This document shows positions 25,513 through 28,061 of a DNA stretch of 28,061 nt, piece by piece. Within the stretch, counting starts at the first letter, position 1; the number at the start of each line of letters is the position of its first letter. The notes under the pieces were generated by a model, which was not told the DNA's origin, did not search any database, and saw only the letters and a list, made by a program, of their open reading frames with translations. A program made the position numbers and the translations under genes. This DNA is from Campylobacterota bacterium. GTDB taxonomy: Bacteria > Campylobacterota > Campylobacteria > Campylobacterales > Arcobacteraceae. The stretch spans positions 1 to 28,061 of the forward strand of contig JBNJFB010000028.1 in the NCBI GenBank assembly GCA_051746405.1, in the 5' to 3' direction.

Positions 25513-28061
25513 ATGTTAGAAGGTAAATATCAAAATTTTTATAATCAAATTAGCTCTAAAATTAAAAAAGAGAGTATCTTTACAGATAAGTTACATACAT
25601 TAGCATATGGAACAGATGCCTCTTTTTATAGGCTAATCCCTAAGATAGTTATAAAAACTGATAATGCAAAAGAGGTTCATGACATTGTTACATTAGCAAA
25701 TGAGATGAACCTAAGTATCACCTTTAGAGCAGCTGGTACATCCCTGTCAGGACAGGCTATCAGCGACTCTATTCTTATTATAACTTCAAGAAAATTCTCA
25801 GACTTTAGAATATCAGATAATAAGGATACAATCTCTTTACAACCATCATTAACAGGTGCACAAACAAATAATCTACTTGCACCATTTGGTAAAAAAATAG
25901 GTCCAGACCCAGCTAGTATAAATGCAGCTATGATTGGTGGAATTGCTGCTAATAATGCTTCTGGTATGTGTTGTGGTATCTCCCAAAACTCATATAAAAC
26001 ACTAAAATCAATGAAACTAATCTTTAGTGATGGGGCTAGACTTGATACAGGCTGTAATGAAAGTAAAGATGAGTTTAGAAAAACCCACGGAGATTTTTTA
26101 GAGAGACTAAAAAATATAGCAAATGAGACTAAAAATGATAAAGAATTAGCTAACTTAATTGAAAGAAAATTTAAAATCAAAAATACATGTGGTTACTCAC
26201 TTAACTCACTAATTGATTTTGATGATGAGTTTGATATCTTACAACACTTAATTATTGGAAGTGAAGGGACATTAGCATTTATTGAAGAGATTACTTACTA
26301 TACTGTTGAGGATTTAAAAGATAAAGCAAGTGCATTAATATACTTTAAAAATGTTGAAGAGGCGTGTAATGCTGTAACAAAACTAAAGCTAGCAAGGGAT
26401 TCAAAAAAGATAGTAGTAGATGCTGTTGAACTTATGGATAGAGCAGGCTTACGATCTATTGAAAATGACCCTGCAATGCCTAAGTACATAAAAGATTTTG
26501 ATGAAGAGGTAACAGCTTTACTTATTGAAACAAGAGCAAAAAATGATAAAGAATTAGATAAGCAAATTACACAATTAGAAGAGCTTTTAGAAGAGTTTGA
26601 AGTTGAAAGGGATATCTACTTTACAAAAGATGTTGCTGAGTACACACTATACTGGAAAATAAGAAAAGGTCTTTTCCCAGCTGTTGGTGCCATAAGAGAG
26701 CTTGGAACAACTGTGATTATCGAAGATGTGGCATATCCTATTGAGAGTTTAGCACAAGCTACACTAGAACTTCAAGCACTATTTAGAAAACATGGTTATA
26801 AAGAGGCTTTAATCTTTGGACATGCTTTAGAGGGTAACTTTCACTTTGTATTTACACAAGATTTTAGTGATAAAAGGGAAGTTAAAAGATATGATGAGTT
26901 TATGAATGATGTGGTTAATTCTGTTGCTGTTAAATACCAAGGTAGTCTAAAAGCAGAACACGGAACAGGTAGAAATATGGCTGCATTCATTGAAGTAGAG
27001 TGGGGTAAAACTGCTTACTCAATGATGAAAAGAATTAAAGAGATATTTGATCCTAAGGGGTTATTAAACCCTGGGGTTATAATAAATGATGATGACCAAG
27101 CGCACCTTAAAAACCTAAAATCAATGCCAGCAACAAATGAGATAGTTGATAAGTGTATTGAGTGTGGTTTTTGTGAACCTGTATGTCCATCAAATGAATT
27201 AACACTAACACCTAGACAAAGAATTGTTATAAATAGAGAGATTTCTAAACTTGAAAAACAGGGCGATTTTAAACAAGCAAAAGAGTATAGAGACTTATAC
27301 CAATATGATGGTATTGAAACTTGTGCAACATGTAGCCTATGTTCTACAGCATGTCCTGTAGGTATTGATACAGGTTCATTGACTAAGCATTTAAGAGCCG
27401 AACAAAATAGTGCTAGAGCAAATACAGTTGCTAATTTTGTGGCAAATAACTTCTCAACTACTCTTGCAGGTACAAGAATAGGTCTTCATACAGCTAACTT
27501 TATGCATAAGCTAATGGGTACAGCTAGCATGGAAAGTGTAACTGATACTATTAGAAAATGGACAAAACAAAAATCTCCTAAGTGGTCAACTTCTATGCCT
27601 AAAGCAATCTCAATAAATACAAACTTTGAGCAAAAATCATATGATAAAAAAGTTGTTTACTTCCCATCTTGTATTAATAGAACAATGGGTAGAAGTTCAA
27701 CTAGTAAAGAGGATAAAGAGTTATTTGATATAACTATAGAGTTACTTAAAAAAGCAGATTATCAAATAATATTCCCTCAAGATTTAAGTAGTCTATGTTG
27801 TGGGATGCCTTTTAGTTCAAAAGGTTTTGATGATGCATCAAAGACAAAATCCCAAGAGTTAGAAGTGGCACTTCTTGAAGCTAGTAATTATGGTGAGTAT
27901 CCAATTCTTTGTGATACAAGTCCATGTACTAAAAAAATGTTGGAGACATTCCAAGATAGCAGCAATATTTATGAACCTATTGAGTTTGTACTAGATTTCT
28001 TAGCAAATGATTTAGAGTTTACAGCAATCAATGAGCCAATTACTATTCATACAACTTGTAG
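25513..28061 (+). CDS. dld: FAD- and Fe-S-containing NAD-independent lactate dehydrogenase (Dld-II type), 3'-truncated by the window
   Basis: Absent from the ORF track because no stop falls inside the window. AAGGA RBS, ATG at 25513, frame 1: MLEGKYQ...AYGTDASFYRLIP, FRAAGTSLSGQA, GPDPAS, GGIAANNASGMCCG, GSEGTLAF, GHALEGNFHF, SLKAEHGTGRNM, CIECGFCEPVCP, CATCSLCSTACP, CCGMPF, ending HTTC at the window edge. Confidence 0.9.
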   Translation, partial: MLEGKYQNFYNQISSKIKKESIFTDKLHTLAYGTDASFYRLIPKIVIKTDNAKEVHDIVTLANEMNLSITFRAAGTSLSGQAISDSILIITSRKFSDFRISDNKDTISLQPSLTGAQTNNLLAPFGKKIGPDPASINAAMIGGIAANNASGMCCGISQNSYKTLKSMKLIFSDGARLDTGCNESKDEFRKTHGDFLERLKNIANETKNDKELANLIERKFKIKNTCGYSLNSLIDFDDEFDILQHLIIGSEGTLAFIEEITYYTVEDLKDKASALIYFKNVEEACNAVTKLKLARDSKKIVVDAVELMDRAGLRSIENDPAMPKYIKDFDEEVTALLIETRAKNDKELDKQITQLEELLEEFEVERDIYFTKDVAEYTLYWKIRKGLFPAVGAIRELGTTVIIEDVAYPIESLAQATLELQALFRKHGYKEALIFGHALEGNFHFVFTQDFSDKREVKRYDEFMNDVVNSVAVKYQGSLKAEHGTGRNMAAFIEVEWGKTAYSMMKRIKEIFDPKGLLNPGVIINDDDQAHLKNLKSMPATNEIVDKCIECGFCEPVCPSNELTLTPRQRIVINREISKLEKQGDFKQAKEYRDLYQYDGIETCATCSLCSTACPVGIDTGSLTKHLRAEQNSARANTVANFVANNFSTTLAGTRIGLHTANFMHKLMGTASMESVTDTIRKWTKQKSPKWSTSMPKAISINTNFEQKSYDKKVVYFPSCINRTMGRSSTSKEDKELFDITIELLKKADYQIIFPQDLSSLCCGMPFSSKGFDDASKTKSQELEVALLEASNYGEYPILCDTSPCTKKMLETFQDSSNIYEPIEFVLDFLANDLEFTAINEPITIHTTC

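Noticed and set aside
2563..26489. Short ORF-track entries antisense to or overlapping real genes (for example 2563-2874, 6312-6524, 9153-9389, 9237-9431, 10664-10999, 10996-11250, 18438-18961, 19876-20170, 21275-21490, 22576-23009, 23760-24113, 24320-25156, 25677-26180, 26298-26489)
   Set aside because: Each lies opposite or across a well-supported gene, shows no recognisable motif, and has the composition expected of shadow frames.
25513..28061. Apparent 2.5-kb gene-free region in the ORF track
   Set aside because: It is an open frame (dld) omitted only because its stop codon lies beyond the window; it is neither non-coding nor a pseudogene.

Overview
Very AT-rich chromosomal window with Campylobacterota-type (most likely Arcobacteraceae-like) genes, extended -10 promoters (TGnTATAAT) and AAGGA ribosome-binding sites. 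I see no mobile element, RNA gene or CRISPR array. Left part: 3' end of hemJ, PIN-PhoH protein, D-2-hydroxyacid dehydrogenase, an orphan Phd/YefM-like protein with an operator-like GTAC pair, a parS-like site inside a 34-bp palindrome, an orphan TRAP binding protein, GT4 glycosyltransferase, DedA/TVP38 protein, AsnB, an AEC transporter that lacks a normal start codon, a single-domain receiver, and a Pit transporter with four phased 11-bp repeats over its start. Middle: DEAD-box helicase, accCB, dCMP deaminase and a methyltransferase. Right part (16.6-28 kb): a lactate-utilisation cluster made of lutABC, a sensor kinase with a periplasmic-binding-protein-like domain, an OmpR-family regulator, a TRAP transporter (dctPQM) and a FAD/Fe-S lactate dehydrogenase that runs off the window. 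The lutA and dctP promoters share the same TATCAT-N5-TWTCAT-N10-(-10)-N6-ATAACAA layout. This points to a two-component-controlled, TRAP-fed lactate regulon with a readable operator, which is the best candidate for an undescribed system here. All family assignments come from motif recognition by eye, not from database searches.
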